From contig CBDCVK010000002.1 in the NCBI GenBank assembly GCA_965223005.1, forward strand, positions 96,001 to 160,000: a stretch of DNA of 64,000 nt, given 5' to 3'. The DNA is from Terriglobia bacterium. Lineage in GTDB: Bacteria; Acidobacteriota; Terriglobia; JAJPHL01; JAPKYU01. The first letter of the stretch is position 1. The number at the start of each line of letters is the position of its first letter. Shown here one piece after another: positions 19,711 through 30,646 of this stretch. The notes beneath the pieces are model-generated. The model was not told the origin of the DNA, searched no databases, and saw nothing but the letters and a program-made list of their open reading frames with translations. Both the position numbers and the translations under genes were made by a program.

Positions 19711-19811
19711 GGCAGCCAGCGTGGTCCCCCCGAGACTGTCGAGAAATTCACGACGATTGGTCTGCATAGCAGAATCTCCGCAGGTGTTCGGTTGTGCCTC
19801 TCTTCTATTTA

Positions 19812-21071
19812 TTAATGCACGGTCTTACCGGACTTATCCCAGGGCCTCCATCGCATGGCCTGTAGCGTGTAGCCTCTTCCGGTGGGTCGACCGTCACGTC
19901 CAATTTGGCCGTCGCCAGCCACGGTAATGATGGCTCCATCCTTGGCCGCTATGGAGCCTGCGTAGCCATGGCCCTTCATAAGGATGTAGAGCTCTGCTTC
20001 CCAACTCCGGCCTCCGTCCCGGCTGATGCGGGCACGCACGTCGCCGCCCTCCGCGTAAGGGTAACGGTTTTCATAAACGGCCACCACCCCTCCTCCTGGA
20101 AGTAGTGCCAGGTCGCAGTGAGCTTGACCGAACACCCGGTTCAGGGTTCGAAAGTTTTTCCACGTTCGTCCGCCGTCGTCTGAATCCGCTAATTGCACAG
20201 TCTTTCCCCCTAACCTCGAATTGGGGATTCCCCGAATTGCGGCCAGCACCCGAAGTCCCCCCAAGGACAACAGTCCCGTTTCCGCAGCCCTATCCGGAAT
20301 TATGGTGGGATTTCCCCAGGTTTTTCCCTGGTCGGTACTGCGGAAGAATATCTGAGCGGATCGCCCTGCCTGATCGGCTGGAAAATCGGGGTTATACGCA
20401 TCAATCGCCGCCAGAAGAGTGCCATCTCCCAGGGCGATGATGGAATTGCCATCTCCTGCTAAAGCTGCATAGGAAGAAGGAGGAGCTAAGGGCTCGCTGC
20501 TCTCCCAAGTTTTGCCTCCATCCCTGGAACGAGAAATCACCAGTGGATAGAGTTTGTGTTTTCCAGGTGCTACGGCTGGGTTCTCCACATCCTCGGAGGT
20601 CAGGGGCGGCAGTCCACTCGCTCGATGGGCCACGTAAATATATTGACCGACGACGCCAAAGGCTTGGGCCGAAACGGGCTCCTTTTGTGTGTTCGGCAAG
20701 CCCTGGAGTCTCTTGCCAGTCCAGGTTTTCCCCTCATCTCTTGACCAGTAGAGATAGGTCCCGAACCCGGCGTAGATGGTGCCATCCTTGGTCCGGCCGA
20801 CCCTGCCATCCAGGCGCCAACTAGATCCGGGAACGGGCAGTCGCATCCGTTCTGCCGGCAGGATACCGAGGTTTCTGTAGACAGCCTTGAAGTCTCCCTC
20901 CTGTTTCATGTTGGTACCCGGCCTCAAGTAAGGCTCAGCTTCAACCACACGAATCGGATAGTCCAGCAACGGATGGGGATGACTGCTGAGCGAGACGTTC
21001 TGTGCCATCAGGCCGCTTGACAAAACAAGCAGGAGCCCAAGATTGCATATTGACTCTTTTTTAGAATGCAT
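19812..21071 (-). CDS. Secreted BNR/Asp-box (sialidase-fold) protein
   Basis: Asp-boxes SRDEGKTW, SRDGGKTW, STDQGKTW, SDDGGRTW, SRDGGRSW. Confidence 0.85.
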   Translation of the reverse strand: MHSKKESICNLGLLLVLSSGLMAQNVSLSSHPHPLLDYPIRVVEAEPYLRPGTNMKQEGDFKAVYRNLGILPAERMRLPVPGSSWRLDGRVGRTKDGTIYAGFGTYLYWSRDEGKTWTGKRLQGLPNTQKEPVSAQAFGVVGQYIYVAHRASGLPPLTSEDVENPAVAPGKHKLYPLVISRSRDGGKTWESSEPLAPPSSYAALAGDGNSIIALGDGTLLAAIDAYNPDFPADQAGRSAQIFFRSTDQGKTWGNPTIIPDRAAETGLLSLGGLRVLAAIRGIPNSRLGGKTVQLADSDDGGRTWKNFRTLNRVFGQAHCDLALLPGGGVVAVYENRYPYAEGGDVRARISRDGGRSWEAELYILMKGHGYAGSIAAKDGAIITVAGDGQIGRDGRPTGRGYTLQAMRWRPWDKSGKTVH

Positions 21072-21416
21072 GACTTTGATCCCCTTCTCTCACCCGGATT
21101 AGGTTTAGCCGGAATTCCCGATTTAAGCTTCTCCTGCGCGGGAAAGCGTACGCCACGCGGCCCTGTTGACTCAAGCTCAGATCATCGCTTCCCTCGTGCT
21201 ACTGCTGCCACTTTCCTCTGGTTGGAACCCTATCGGGTGGCCGCCCCGATGTTTTGGGTGACCTCTGACTCCTCGAATGATTGGAAGCGGACCTCGTCAA
21301 GAGTGATATCCTCAACCGTTCCCTTTTCGCTCTTCTCTTGACGAGCCAGGTTGTGGTTCGGTACAAGCGTCGGTCCCTATAGAATTATAAGGACCGTATG
21401 GAACTTTCAGGACCCT

Positions 21417-22940
21417 ATGGAACTTTCAGGAATTGATACCTTCACTTTTGTCGCCTTCCTCTGCGCCGTCGTTTCAATCTCCTTGTACGCTTCCCGAAAG
21501 GAAGACTCCGCGGAAGACTACTTCCTCGCGGGAAGAGGCCTCAGCTGGTGGCTCATCGGTTTCTCGCTCATCGCGTCGAACATCTCCACAGAACACTTCA
21601 TAGGGATGGCGGGGAAAGGGTATGGCTTGGGCTTGGCCATTGCCAGCTTCGAGTGGCTCTCCGCCCCGGTCCTCGTTTTTATTGCTCTCGTATTGTTGCC
21701 GAAGTTCCTGCGCGCCGGGATTTACACGATGCCCGAATATCTGGAATACCGCTTCGGGCCAACCGCGCGCTCGATTATGGCCGGTTACTTCATGGTGATG
21801 TATGTCGTGGCAGCCATGGCGGGCGTCCTCTACTCGGGTGGGCTCGCCCTGCAAAGCATTTTTGGCGTCGACCTCTACTTGGGCGTCTGGATGATTGGAA
21901 TCCTGGCGGGTGCCTATACGGTCTATGGAGGGCTGAAGGCCGTCGTTTGGTCGGACCTTATTCAGGGAATCACCCTTCTCTTCGGCGGTGCCATTGTCAT
22001 GGTCATCGGGCTTTCCAAGGTCGGAGGCCTCGGATCATTTCTCGCAGTGAATGAAGACAAACTTCACCTCGCGCTCCCCCACGACCACCCCGAGTATCCT
22101 TGGACCATCCTTCTTCTGGGAATGTGGATACCGCAGCTGGGATACTGGGGATTCAACCAGTTCATCACGCAGCGAACCCTTGCCGCTAAGAGTCTTTTAC
22201 AGGGACAGAAAGGCGCGCTTTTCGCCGCATTTCTGAAACTCTTAATTCCCTTGTTTGTCGTCTTTCCTGGAATCATGGCCGCTCAACTCTACGGCGCAGA
22301 AATCCAACAAGGTGATCTGGCGTTTCCTTTTCTCATCAAGAAGCTGCTGCCCGTCGGGTTGAGAGGGATTATTTTTGCGGCGCTTCTGGGGGCAGTGATG
22401 AGTTCTCTGGATTCCATGCTCAACTCGGCTTCCACAATCTTCACCATCGACATCTACAATCGCCACTTTGTGAAAGGCCACGTTGGGGGCCGTCAGTTGA
22501 TCACGGTCGGTCGCATTGCAACCGCCGTCTTTGTCATTTTCGCGTGCATTCTTGCTCCGGAATTGCGCCACTCCAAGTCTATCTACGATTACATGCAGCA
22601 GGTCTGGAATTTTGTCTGGCCGGGAACTGTCGCAGTGTTCTTTCTGGGGATTTTCTACCAGCGGGTACCGCAGGGTGCGGCGGTGCTGGGAATGTTGTTT
22701 TCCCCTCTCGCATACGCCGTCAGCTTCCTGGTATTCGATGTGGTTTTCCTCAACGCTTCAGCTATCGCGCTTATCCTCACGTGCTTGGTGATGCTCGCCT
22801 ACACCTGGTGGAGACCTCTCACCGAAGTCAAGAAGCTCCCTGTCCGCGCAGATATTGATCTAAGGACAACCCCGCAAATCAAGGTCGTCGGCGGGATACT
22901 CGTCCTGGTGACCGTCGCGATCTACATCTACTTCTGGTGA
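21417..22940 (+). CDS. Sodium:solute symporter (SSS family)
   Basis: DYFLAGR, ASNISTEHFIG, GGLKAVVWSD, AVMSSLDSMLNS; many TM helices. Confidence 0.93.
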   Translation: MELSGIDTFTFVAFLCAVVSISLYASRKEDSAEDYFLAGRGLSWWLIGFSLIASNISTEHFIGMAGKGYGLGLAIASFEWLSAPVLVFIALVLLPKFLRAGIYTMPEYLEYRFGPTARSIMAGYFMVMYVVAAMAGVLYSGGLALQSIFGVDLYLGVWMIGILAGAYTVYGGLKAVVWSDLIQGITLLFGGAIVMVIGLSKVGGLGSFLAVNEDKLHLALPHDHPEYPWTILLLGMWIPQLGYWGFNQFITQRTLAAKSLLQGQKGALFAAFLKLLIPLFVVFPGIMAAQLYGAEIQQGDLAFPFLIKKLLPVGLRGIIFAALLGAVMSSLDSMLNSASTIFTIDIYNRHFVKGHVGGRQLITVGRIATAVFVIFACILAPELRHSKSIYDYMQQVWNFVWPGTVAVFFLGIFYQRVPQGAAVLGMLFSPLAYAVSFLVFDVVFLNASAIALILTCLVMLAYTWWRPLTEVKKLPVRADIDLRTTPQIKVVGGILVLVTVAIYIYFW

Positions 22941-23212
22941 GTTGGGGGCATGTGTGGACCTGCGTTTGCCATTGGGAGCGTTGAGGCAAGTGGCAGGAAT
23001 CATGCCGATTCCCATGCAGCCGCAGACTGTTAGCCAACTAGGCTTGACAAGACTTTGCCGGGGCGTTGCCAACTTTAAGCTCCGCCTTGTCCCCTCTATT
23101 GATTGTCGATAGAATGCCCCTGCGATGGCAGGCTTTACTGCCCAACTGTCGCCCTTGCCCTCGGTCCCCGGCGTGTGACGGCGGCAAATCATTGGTGCTA
23201 GGAAGAATTCTT

Positions 23213-24193
23213 ATGGATCGAGAGAAAGCCCGAAATCGCCTTTCCGGGTGCTACGTGACGGTTCCAACCATGTTCCGCGACGAAGATCTGGCAGTAGACC
23301 TGGAGGCCACCCGGCAGCATGTCCGGTTTCTGATTGATGGAGGCATCAATGAAAGCACCGGCGTCATACTCGCCGTCGGGGCGGCGGGCGATTTTCCCGT
23401 GATGAGTTTCGATGAGCGCTTGCGAGTGGCCGAAGCGATTATCGAGGAAGCGGACGGCAGGATTGCCGTTGTGATGGGTGCGCAGACAACAAATACTCGG
23501 GAGCTAGTTGAACTGGTCCGCGCTGCCGAGCGGCTCGGTGCCGAGTATGTGCAGGTTTCGCCGCCCTACTACCACATGCACACGGAGGAAGATTTTTACG
23601 AATACGCAGTGGCGGCAGCAGAAGCCGCAGACATAGGAATCGTGGTCTACAACACCTTCTGGACGAGCCAGAACGTCTCGCTGAAGATGATTGAACGGCT
23701 TTGCGAGCTGCCCAACCTGGTCGGCCTCAAATGGGCCGTGCCCACCGCGAACTTCATGGAATCAGAACAGGTTATTTCTCGTTTCGCGGATCGGCTCTGT
23801 ATCATCGACAACCAGCTTCGGTTCGTGACCAGCCACATCCTCGGCGCTCGGGGCATCGAGGTTCACATCTGCAACTACTGGCCTCAGTGGGGGGTGCGGC
23901 TCTGGAATCTTCTGGAGAACCAGGAGTACGTCGACGTGCAGAAGGAACTCGTCAGTGTCGCCATGCCCTTCTACACTCTTTGGAAGGAGATGATGGACTA
24001 CACCGGTGGCGACGGCTATCTGGACAAGTTGTGCATGGAACTAGTTGGCCTGCCCTCCAGCCGCTGTCGTCCACCGACGCGCGACGTTCGCGAAAAGTTT
24101 CGGGAGCGAGCCCGTCAGATGCTGATCGAGTGTGGCGTTCCGGGCATCGTTGATGCCCCTGCTCGGGAGGAAAGCGCGCGCCGAGCTTCATGA
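23213..24193 (+). CDS. DHDPS/N-acetylneuraminate-lyase family aldolase (atypical)
   Basis: VVYN Tyr and VGLK Schiff-base Lys; GAAGDF in place of GxTGE. Confidence 0.85.
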   Translation: MDREKARNRLSGCYVTVPTMFRDEDLAVDLEATRQHVRFLIDGGINESTGVILAVGAAGDFPVMSFDERLRVAEAIIEEADGRIAVVMGAQTTNTRELVELVRAAERLGAEYVQVSPPYYHMHTEEDFYEYAVAAAEAADIGIVVYNTFWTSQNVSLKMIERLCELPNLVGLKWAVPTANFMESEQVISRFADRLCIIDNQLRFVTSHILGARGIEVHICNYWPQWGVRLWNLLENQEYVDVQKELVSVAMPFYTLWKEMMDYTGGDGYLDKLCMELVGLPSSRCRPPTRDVREKFRERARQMLIECGVPGIVDAPAREESARRAS

Positions 24194-25383
24194 ATGTGCA
24201 CACCATGCCGCTTTTCTGGACGCCGCTCTTTAAAATAAGTTTTCTAGCCTCTACGCTGTTGCTGCTGGGCCTCCTGGGGAGCTGCCGCCAATTGGATAAC
24301 GAAGGTAAGGAAATCGAAGGCAAGAACCCTCCCGTTTTTGAGCAGGTGACGGTGTTTTCTGCCGGGGAGGCCGGCTATCGCTGTTTTCGAATACCGGCTC
24401 TAGTCGTTACAGCAGAGGGAACAATTCTGGCCTTCGCGGAAGCTAGGAAAGCAATTTGCAGCGATGACGCGGAGATCGACCTCGTGCTCAAACGAAGTTT
24501 CGATGGGGGAAAGACGTGGCAGGACCTGAGGGTGCTGTTTGACTATGGTTCGGAGGCGGTCAATCAGCCAGCGCCAGTGCTGGACCGACATACTGGCGAG
24601 GTCGTGCTGGTATTCTGTAGGAATAACCAGCGTGTCTTTGTCACGAAAACCGGGAACGACGGGGTCACCTGGTCCGAGCCAGTGGAGATCACCGAGGATG
24701 TCGCCGACCCCGAATGGAGCTATTTCGGGAGTGGTCCGGGTCATGGCATCCAACTGAGCAGCGGGAGACTTCTGGTTCCGAGCTGGGGAGATACGAGCCC
24801 GGGCCCGGCACCCTGGCCCAAACCGAACTGGGGCGCAAAGCAGTTTTCTTACGCGATGTATAGCGACGACCACGGGGTCACTTGGAAGCGTGGCGGCTCC
24901 TTAGATATGGACCTGTCGGATGAGGCCATGGCCGTCGAAACCGCAGACGGTTCCGTTTATATGAACATGCGCAGCCGCCAGGAAAAGAAGATGCGGGCCT
25001 TCGCCTGGAGTAAGGACGGTGGCGTCACCTGGTCGAAGGTGCAATTTGATCAAAGCCTGCCTGAGCCGTCTTGTCAGGGGAGTTTGATTCGCTTCACCGA
25101 CCAAGAGCGGTTCTCGAAGAATCGTGTGCTGCTTGCTCATCCCTCCAGCCAAACTGAGAGAAAACAGCTCACCGTGCGGATGAGCCTCGACGAATGCAGG
25201 ACGTGGCCTGTCTCGAAAGTCCTTTACGAGGGTTCGGCGGCGTACTCTGATCTGGCGATCGCTAATGATAGGACCATCCTTTGCTTGTACGAAGCCGACC
25301 AATACTCCAAGATGGTGCTGGCCCGCTTCAATTTGGAATGGCTGACCGACGGAGCCGATTCGTTGCAACCCACAGTTCAATAA
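24190..25383 (+). CDS. Exo-alpha-sialidase (GH33), predicted lipoprotein
   Basis: FRIP motif, several Asp-boxes, AAYS Tyr, LLGSC lipobox; ATGA overlap with lyase. Confidence 0.9.
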   Translation: MNVHTMPLFWTPLFKISFLASTLLLLGLLGSCRQLDNEGKEIEGKNPPVFEQVTVFSAGEAGYRCFRIPALVVTAEGTILAFAEARKAICSDDAEIDLVLKRSFDGGKTWQDLRVLFDYGSEAVNQPAPVLDRHTGEVVLVFCRNNQRVFVTKTGNDGVTWSEPVEITEDVADPEWSYFGSGPGHGIQLSSGRLLVPSWGDTSPGPAPWPKPNWGAKQFSYAMYSDDHGVTWKRGGSLDMDLSDEAMAVETADGSVYMNMRSRQEKKMRAFAWSKDGGVTWSKVQFDQSLPEPSCQGSLIRFTDQERFSKNRVLLAHPSSQTERKQLTVRMSLDECRTWPVSKVLYEGSAAYSDLAIANDRTILCLYEADQYSKMVLARFNLEWLTDGADSLQPTVQ

Positions 25384-25463
25384 TCGAAACCAACTCGGAC
25401 CTCGTTCCACTACGGCCGGGAGCGCCTACGAAGAGGCGTCTAACTTTCGAGTATCCTTGATTT

Positions 25464-26819
25464 ATGCCGATCCGAGTCAGTAGCTTGACGCCGGTTCCAA
25501 CAGAGCCGGTCGAGACCAGATACCGCCGAATTCGTACACCGATCCCCGTCCCAGAATCGATTGAGTTGATTGAGCGTCTGCGAAAGGTAGAAGCTCGGTC
25601 GATTCACGGTATGCCCCCGGTCGTTTGGCACCAAGCCGAGGGCTTTCTCATCCGGGACCCTTACGGTAACCAGTGGATCGACCTGACGAGTGGCACCGTG
25701 ATGGCCAACTCGGGCCACTGTCATCCGCGGGTGGTGCAGGCGATTCGGGATCAGCTCGACTCCGGGCTCATTTTCACTTATGCATTTCCTGCGGAGGTCC
25801 GCGAACGCGCACTCCAGCGCATCGCGTCAATTGCACCGCCCGGACTGGACAAAGCCATCCTGTTTTCCTCGGGGACCGAGGCGACCGAATGTTGCATGAG
25901 CCTGATGAGGAAACATGGCTTGGCAATATCGCCGAACAAGGTTGGCATCCTTTCCATTGAAAGCTCTTACCATGGCCGAACGCTCTCTGCAAAATTCGCA
26001 GGCGGTTCGCCGGGACGCGCAGACGGCCTGGATCGCGCGTCCGTTGATCAGACACAACTCCCCATTCCGGGAGGTGCGGAATCCCAAGGCTTCGAAGCTG
26101 ACTTGGAGCAGAGCGGGGTCCACCCGGAAACCATAGCGGGCATTATTTTGGAATCCATTCCTGGCTACTCAACGACTCCGTATCCTCAGGGATACATGGA
26201 TGAGTTGATGCGCTGGGCGCAAAAACAAGGGGCGCTCGTCGCGGTGGACGAAGTGCAGGCTGGCATCGGTCGTACAGGCCACTGGTTTGCTTTTGAGCAC
26301 TACGGCATTACGCCGGATCTAATCGCCTGCGGCAAAGGTTTGAGCTCTACCCTTCCGGCTTCGGCGGTTATTGGACGAAAAGAGGTCATGGATCTGGCGG
26401 AGCCAGGTGAAATGTCAAGCACGTTCGGGGGAAATCCTGTGAGTGCCGCGGCTGTGCTGGCAAATCTCGACGTCATGCAGGATGAGAAGCTCGTGGAACA
26501 ATCGGCTGCGTTGGGGCAACAACTGGGTGACATTCTTCGGAAGAAGACGGAGAAATACGGCCACTACGTGAGTAGGCCGGAGGGGCGTGGACTGTTTTAC
26601 TCCCTTCATCTGAAGGATCCTGAGACAGCGGAACCCTTAGCCGAACTTTGCGATGAGATGGCATTGGAGTGTGTGCGAAGGGGAGTCATGTTATTCGTTA
26701 CCGGCAGAGGGTTCCTCAAGTTCACGCCGCCTCTGAGCATCGAGCAGGACGCTCTGGTAGAAGCGGTGGATGTGGTGGGCAGTGTCATCGACGAGATGCT
26801 GCCGCAAGCCCCCACCTAG
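25464..26819 (+). CDS. Class III PLP aminotransferase
   Basis: SSGTEATE, YHGRT, DEVQAGIGRTG, CGKG, STFGGNP. Confidence 0.92.
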   Translation: MPIRVSSLTPVPTEPVETRYRRIRTPIPVPESIELIERLRKVEARSIHGMPPVVWHQAEGFLIRDPYGNQWIDLTSGTVMANSGHCHPRVVQAIRDQLDSGLIFTYAFPAEVRERALQRIASIAPPGLDKAILFSSGTEATECCMSLMRKHGLAISPNKVGILSIESSYHGRTLSAKFAGGSPGRADGLDRASVDQTQLPIPGGAESQGFEADLEQSGVHPETIAGIILESIPGYSTTPYPQGYMDELMRWAQKQGALVAVDEVQAGIGRTGHWFAFEHYGITPDLIACGKGLSSTLPASAVIGRKEVMDLAEPGEMSSTFGGNPVSAAAVLANLDVMQDEKLVEQSAALGQQLGDILRKKTEKYGHYVSRPEGRGLFYSLHLKDPETAEPLAELCDEMALECVRRGVMLFVTGRGFLKFTPPLSIEQDALVEAVDVVGSVIDEMLPQAPT

Positions 26820-26833
26820 CAGAGGAAGTAACG

Positions 26834-27592
26834 ATGAATACAAATCTTTTTTCCGTCAAAGACAAGGTCGTCATTGTCACAGGTGCCAGCCGTGGCATCG
26901 GCCGCGTCGTTGCCGAAGCGTTTCTGGATTACGGATCGCGTGTCGTCTTTGTCGCGCGATCGGCCGATATGGTCGAGCGCGTGCGTCAGCAGCCCGCAGA
27001 ACGGGCACTCGCTATCCAATGCGATGTTGCAGGACCGGGTGCGGCTGAGCGAATCCGAGACGCTACGGTGAGCAAATTCGGCCGAATCGACGTCCTCATA
27101 AATAACGCGGCAATCGCTTTGGGCGGAGAAGATCCCTACGCTGAAGAAACTTGGGACCGAACACTCAACGTGAATCTTCGCTCAGTCTTCTTGTTGAGCC
27201 GCGACGTCATCGCCGTGATGAAACAACAGGGCAGCGGTTCAATCATCAATTTCTGCAGTGTGGCAGCCCTGCTCGGATTTCCCGATAATCCGTCTTACCA
27301 GGCCGCCAAGGGAGGGCTTCGTCAGCTCACCAAGGCAATGGCCCGGGATTATGCGCAGCACAACATCCGCATCAACAACATCTTCCCGGGCTACTACCTG
27401 ACCGCCATGACGGCCGCGAGCTGGGCCGATCCAGTGAAACGGGCCGCGCGTTCGAGCCGATCAATGATGGAGCGTTGGGGTAAACCTGAGGAGTTGGTCG
27501 GCCCCTGCATCTTTTTCGCCTCGGAGGCGTCGGCATATATTACCGGCTGTGACTTGCCCGTCGACGGCGGTTGGACCGCGAAGGGAATCTAG
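26834..27592 (+). CDS. Short-chain dehydrogenase (gluconate-5-dehydrogenase/KduD-like)
   Basis: TGASRGIG, NNAA, YQAAK, VDGGW. Confidence 0.9.
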   Translation: MNTNLFSVKDKVVIVTGASRGIGRVVAEAFLDYGSRVVFVARSADMVERVRQQPAERALAIQCDVAGPGAAERIRDATVSKFGRIDVLINNAAIALGGEDPYAEETWDRTLNVNLRSVFLLSRDVIAVMKQQGSGSIINFCSVAALLGFPDNPSYQAAKGGLRQLTKAMARDYAQHNIRINNIFPGYYLTAMTAASWADPVKRAARSSRSMMERWGKPEELVGPCIFFASEASAYITGCDLPVDGGWTAKGI

Positions 27593-27713
27593 GGCGAACG
27601 TCAAGCTGGACCCCGCCGCTTGGGTCAAGCAGAAACCTACAGACGCTTCAACTTGCGAAGGGTTTCGTCACGATTTGTTATAACGGCAGAGCATCAGCGA
27701 AAGGCTGATAACT

Positions 27714-29222
27714 GTGGATTCTCCAACTGGGTTCGGCACTTTGAATTACGTGGTCCTGTTTACCTATCTGGCCATGATGGTCAGCGTCGGAGCCCTGTTC
27801 GCCAGGAAACAGAAGACGAGCGAAGATTACTTCCTGGCAGGCCGCAGGATGCCATGGCTGGTGGTAGGCATGAGCATGTTTGCCTCCATCACGAGTGCCA
27901 TTTCCTACATGGGAATTCCAGGGACGGCGTACAGAGAGAATATCGCGCTCCTCATGGTAGCGTTTCTCGCCCCGATTGTCGCTCCGATTCTGATCTTCGT
28001 CTTCTATCCCTTCTATCGTCTCTTGAACGTGACGACCTCATACGAGTATGTGCTGCAGCGCTATGGGCAACCGGCCCGGCTGACGGTCTCTGGCCTTTTC
28101 GTACTGGCCCGGGTAGGGTGGCTTGGCGCAGTTATCTATGCGCCGGCTCTGGCGCTTTCCACCGTCACCGCGATTCCGCTTTGGTTGGCGATTTTCCTGA
28201 TGGGAATTCTTGCCACCGCTTACACTGCATTGGGCGGCCTTTCCGCTGTGTTATGGACGGATCTCGTGCAGTTTCTGGTCCTGGTTGGGGGAGCCTTGTG
28301 GGTGGCCCTCACCCTGACGGCTTCGGTCCCTGGTGGCCTGGCTTCCATATGGGAGATCGCTCGGACGACAGATCACGTGCGCGTCATCGACTGGAGGTTC
28401 AGCCTCACGGAAATGACAGGAATCGCCGTGCTCGTTTCCTATTTCTTCCAACTCATGCACGATTACGGCGCCGACCAAGTCACCGTGCAACGACTCCTGG
28501 CGGTGAAGACGTTTCGCGGCATGGCCAAGGCCACCATTTTCTTTGCTGTGGCCGAACTGTTCATGGTGAGCTTGCTGCTCTACGTGGGCCTTGGGCTGTT
28601 CGCCTACTTCCAAACGTTTCCTTCTGAACTGGCGGCAGGAATCACCGGCGACCGGGTGCTCCCTTACTACATCATACACGCGCTTCCGCAGGGCGTTTCC
28701 GGTCTGTTGATCACTGCAATCTTTGCGGCCGCGATGTCCAGCGTGGATTCGGGGATCAATTCCGTGGCGACCGTTCTCATCAACGACTTCGTTCGCCCGC
28801 TACGCACCAGGGCGCGTAGCGAGCAGCATGATGTAAAACTCGCTCGGCTTCTGACCCTGCTCCTCGGAAGCTTTGCGACCGTCGTTGCATTCTATGTCAC
28901 AGGCGTAGGTCAGATTCTCAAGGCTTCGTCTGCGTTTCTGGGTTTGTTTGGCGGGCCGATCCTGGCCTTGTTTCTATTGGGAATGCTCACCAAACGAGTC
29001 AACTTTCGTGGTTGGCTCATCGGCCTGGGGGTCGCCGTCCCCACGACGTTTTGGCTTCAACAAGGGACCGACCTGCATTTCATCTACTACTTCCCAGTCT
29101 GTTTTGGTGGCTGCGCTGGGGTCGGCTACGTCGCCAGTCTGCTCCTCGGCACTACGCACGGCGGACCCCTCGGACGAGCTGAACTCACGCTTTGGGGCCG
29201 GCCTCGACTGTCTGAGACATAG
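27714..29222 (+). CDS. Sodium:solute symporter (SiaT-like clade)
   Basis: DYFLAGR, SAISYMGIP, DQVTVQR, AAAMSSVDSGINS. Confidence 0.9.
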   Translation: MDSPTGFGTLNYVVLFTYLAMMVSVGALFARKQKTSEDYFLAGRRMPWLVVGMSMFASITSAISYMGIPGTAYRENIALLMVAFLAPIVAPILIFVFYPFYRLLNVTTSYEYVLQRYGQPARLTVSGLFVLARVGWLGAVIYAPALALSTVTAIPLWLAIFLMGILATAYTALGGLSAVLWTDLVQFLVLVGGALWVALTLTASVPGGLASIWEIARTTDHVRVIDWRFSLTEMTGIAVLVSYFFQLMHDYGADQVTVQRLLAVKTFRGMAKATIFFAVAELFMVSLLLYVGLGLFAYFQTFPSELAAGITGDRVLPYYIIHALPQGVSGLLITAIFAAAMSSVDSGINSVATVLINDFVRPLRTRARSEQHDVKLARLLTLLLGSFATVVAFYVTGVGQILKASSAFLGLFGGPILALFLLGMLTKRVNFRGWLIGLGVAVPTTFWLQQGTDLHFIYYFPVCFGGCAGVGYVASLLLGTTHGGPLGRAELTLWGRPRLSET

Positions 29223-29432
29223 GCCCAGGCGTCCTTGCTTGGTTTGCTTTGAGCCGGTTGCTTTGAACTGATTGCATTGAGTTGGCTGCTTTGATTTCGC
29301 TAAGCTTCCGGAGATAAGATCTACAGGTCGGCCCGCAGAAACGCAATTTGCAGGGCTGGGGTCGGAGCAACAGAGAACCTTAAGATCGGTTACCGAGGTT
29401 TGCAAGCATATCGACTGCACAGAGGTGCCTCC

Positions 29433-30605
29433 ATGCCAGGAACAATGAGTCGGCGCCAGGTATTGGGCGCGGGTATTGCAGCGGGGCTGGTGTTGGGGCT
29501 AAAGCGGCACGGTGTTGCGGTGCCGCGAGTCCAGGTCGATCCCAATAGCGTCATCAGCCTGCAGCCGGACCTGTACCACGGTTGGCCTACGATAACTCGT
29601 CGCCGCAACGGCGAGCTGCTGCTGGTCTATTCCGGGGGGCGCGAGGCACACGTGTGTCCGTTCGGGCGGGTGGAGTTAATGCGGTCCAAGGACGAGGGGC
29701 ATACCTGGAGTTGGCCATGCGTGCTGTGGGACAGCGCCATCGACGATCGCGATGCAGGAGTACTGGAAACCGCCAAGGGCACGATCCTAGTGACGACTTT
29801 CACCTTCCTGGGGTATGAATCGATCTTGAGACAAGCGGAGAAGATGGAACCCTCTCAGAAGGGTGCGTGGTCCAGAGAAAAACTCCGACGCTGGCGGGCA
29901 GCACTACGGCGCCTGGACGCGGCACAGCGCGAAGCCCTATTGGGTGGTTGGATGATCCGTTCAGTTGACGGCGGCGGCAGCTGGTCGGCGCCATATCGCT
30001 GCCCAGTCAACAGTCCTCACGGACCCATTCAGCTTTCCGACGGCCGCCAACTTTATGCCGGCAAGCAGATGGGCTACGGCACGGGGCGGATCGGCGTATG
30101 CGAGTCCACCAACGACGGGCAAACCTGGCGTTGGCTGGCAGAAATCCCTACCCGAGCCGGAGATAGCCGCAAGCACTATCACGAACTGCACGCTGTTGAA
30201 GCGGCCGAAGGTCGGCTGATCCTCCACATCCGCAACCAAAACCAAGCCAACGACAGGGAAACACTTCAAAGCGAATCGTCTGACGGAGGCAAGACCTGGT
30301 CAGTCCCACACCCCATCGGCGTATGGGGGCTGCCATCTCACTTGCTGCGGCTGAAGGATGGGCGGCTGCTGATGAGCTATGGCCACCGCCGCCCACCACT
30401 GGGCAATCAGACTCGTCTGAGCGAAGACCATGGTCGCACCTGGTCGGAGCCAATGATCATTTCCGACGACGGCACGTCCACCGACCTGGGTTATCCATCT
30501 ACCGTGCAGCTTGACGATGGCTCGTTACTCACCGTGTGGTACGAGCTGATGGAAGGGTCGCCAAAAGCGCTGCTCCGGCAGGCACGATGGCGAATAGCAG
30601 GCTGA
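29433..30605 (+). CDS. Tat-exported BNR/sialidase-fold protein
   Basis: SRRQVL; five Asp-boxes; DLGYP. Confidence 0.87.
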   Translation: MPGTMSRRQVLGAGIAAGLVLGLKRHGVAVPRVQVDPNSVISLQPDLYHGWPTITRRRNGELLLVYSGGREAHVCPFGRVELMRSKDEGHTWSWPCVLWDSAIDDRDAGVLETAKGTILVTTFTFLGYESILRQAEKMEPSQKGAWSREKLRRWRAALRRLDAAQREALLGGWMIRSVDGGGSWSAPYRCPVNSPHGPIQLSDGRQLYAGKQMGYGTGRIGVCESTNDGQTWRWLAEIPTRAGDSRKHYHELHAVEAAEGRLILHIRNQNQANDRETLQSESSDGGKTWSVPHPIGVWGLPSHLLRLKDGRLLMSYGHRRPPLGNQTRLSEDHGRTWSEPMIISDDGTSTDLGYPSTVQLDDGSLLTVWYELMEGSPKALLRQARWRIAG

Positions 30606-30646
30606 CCCGCCAACTTTCCGTCTCAGCATGTATTCGTGAGCCTGAT

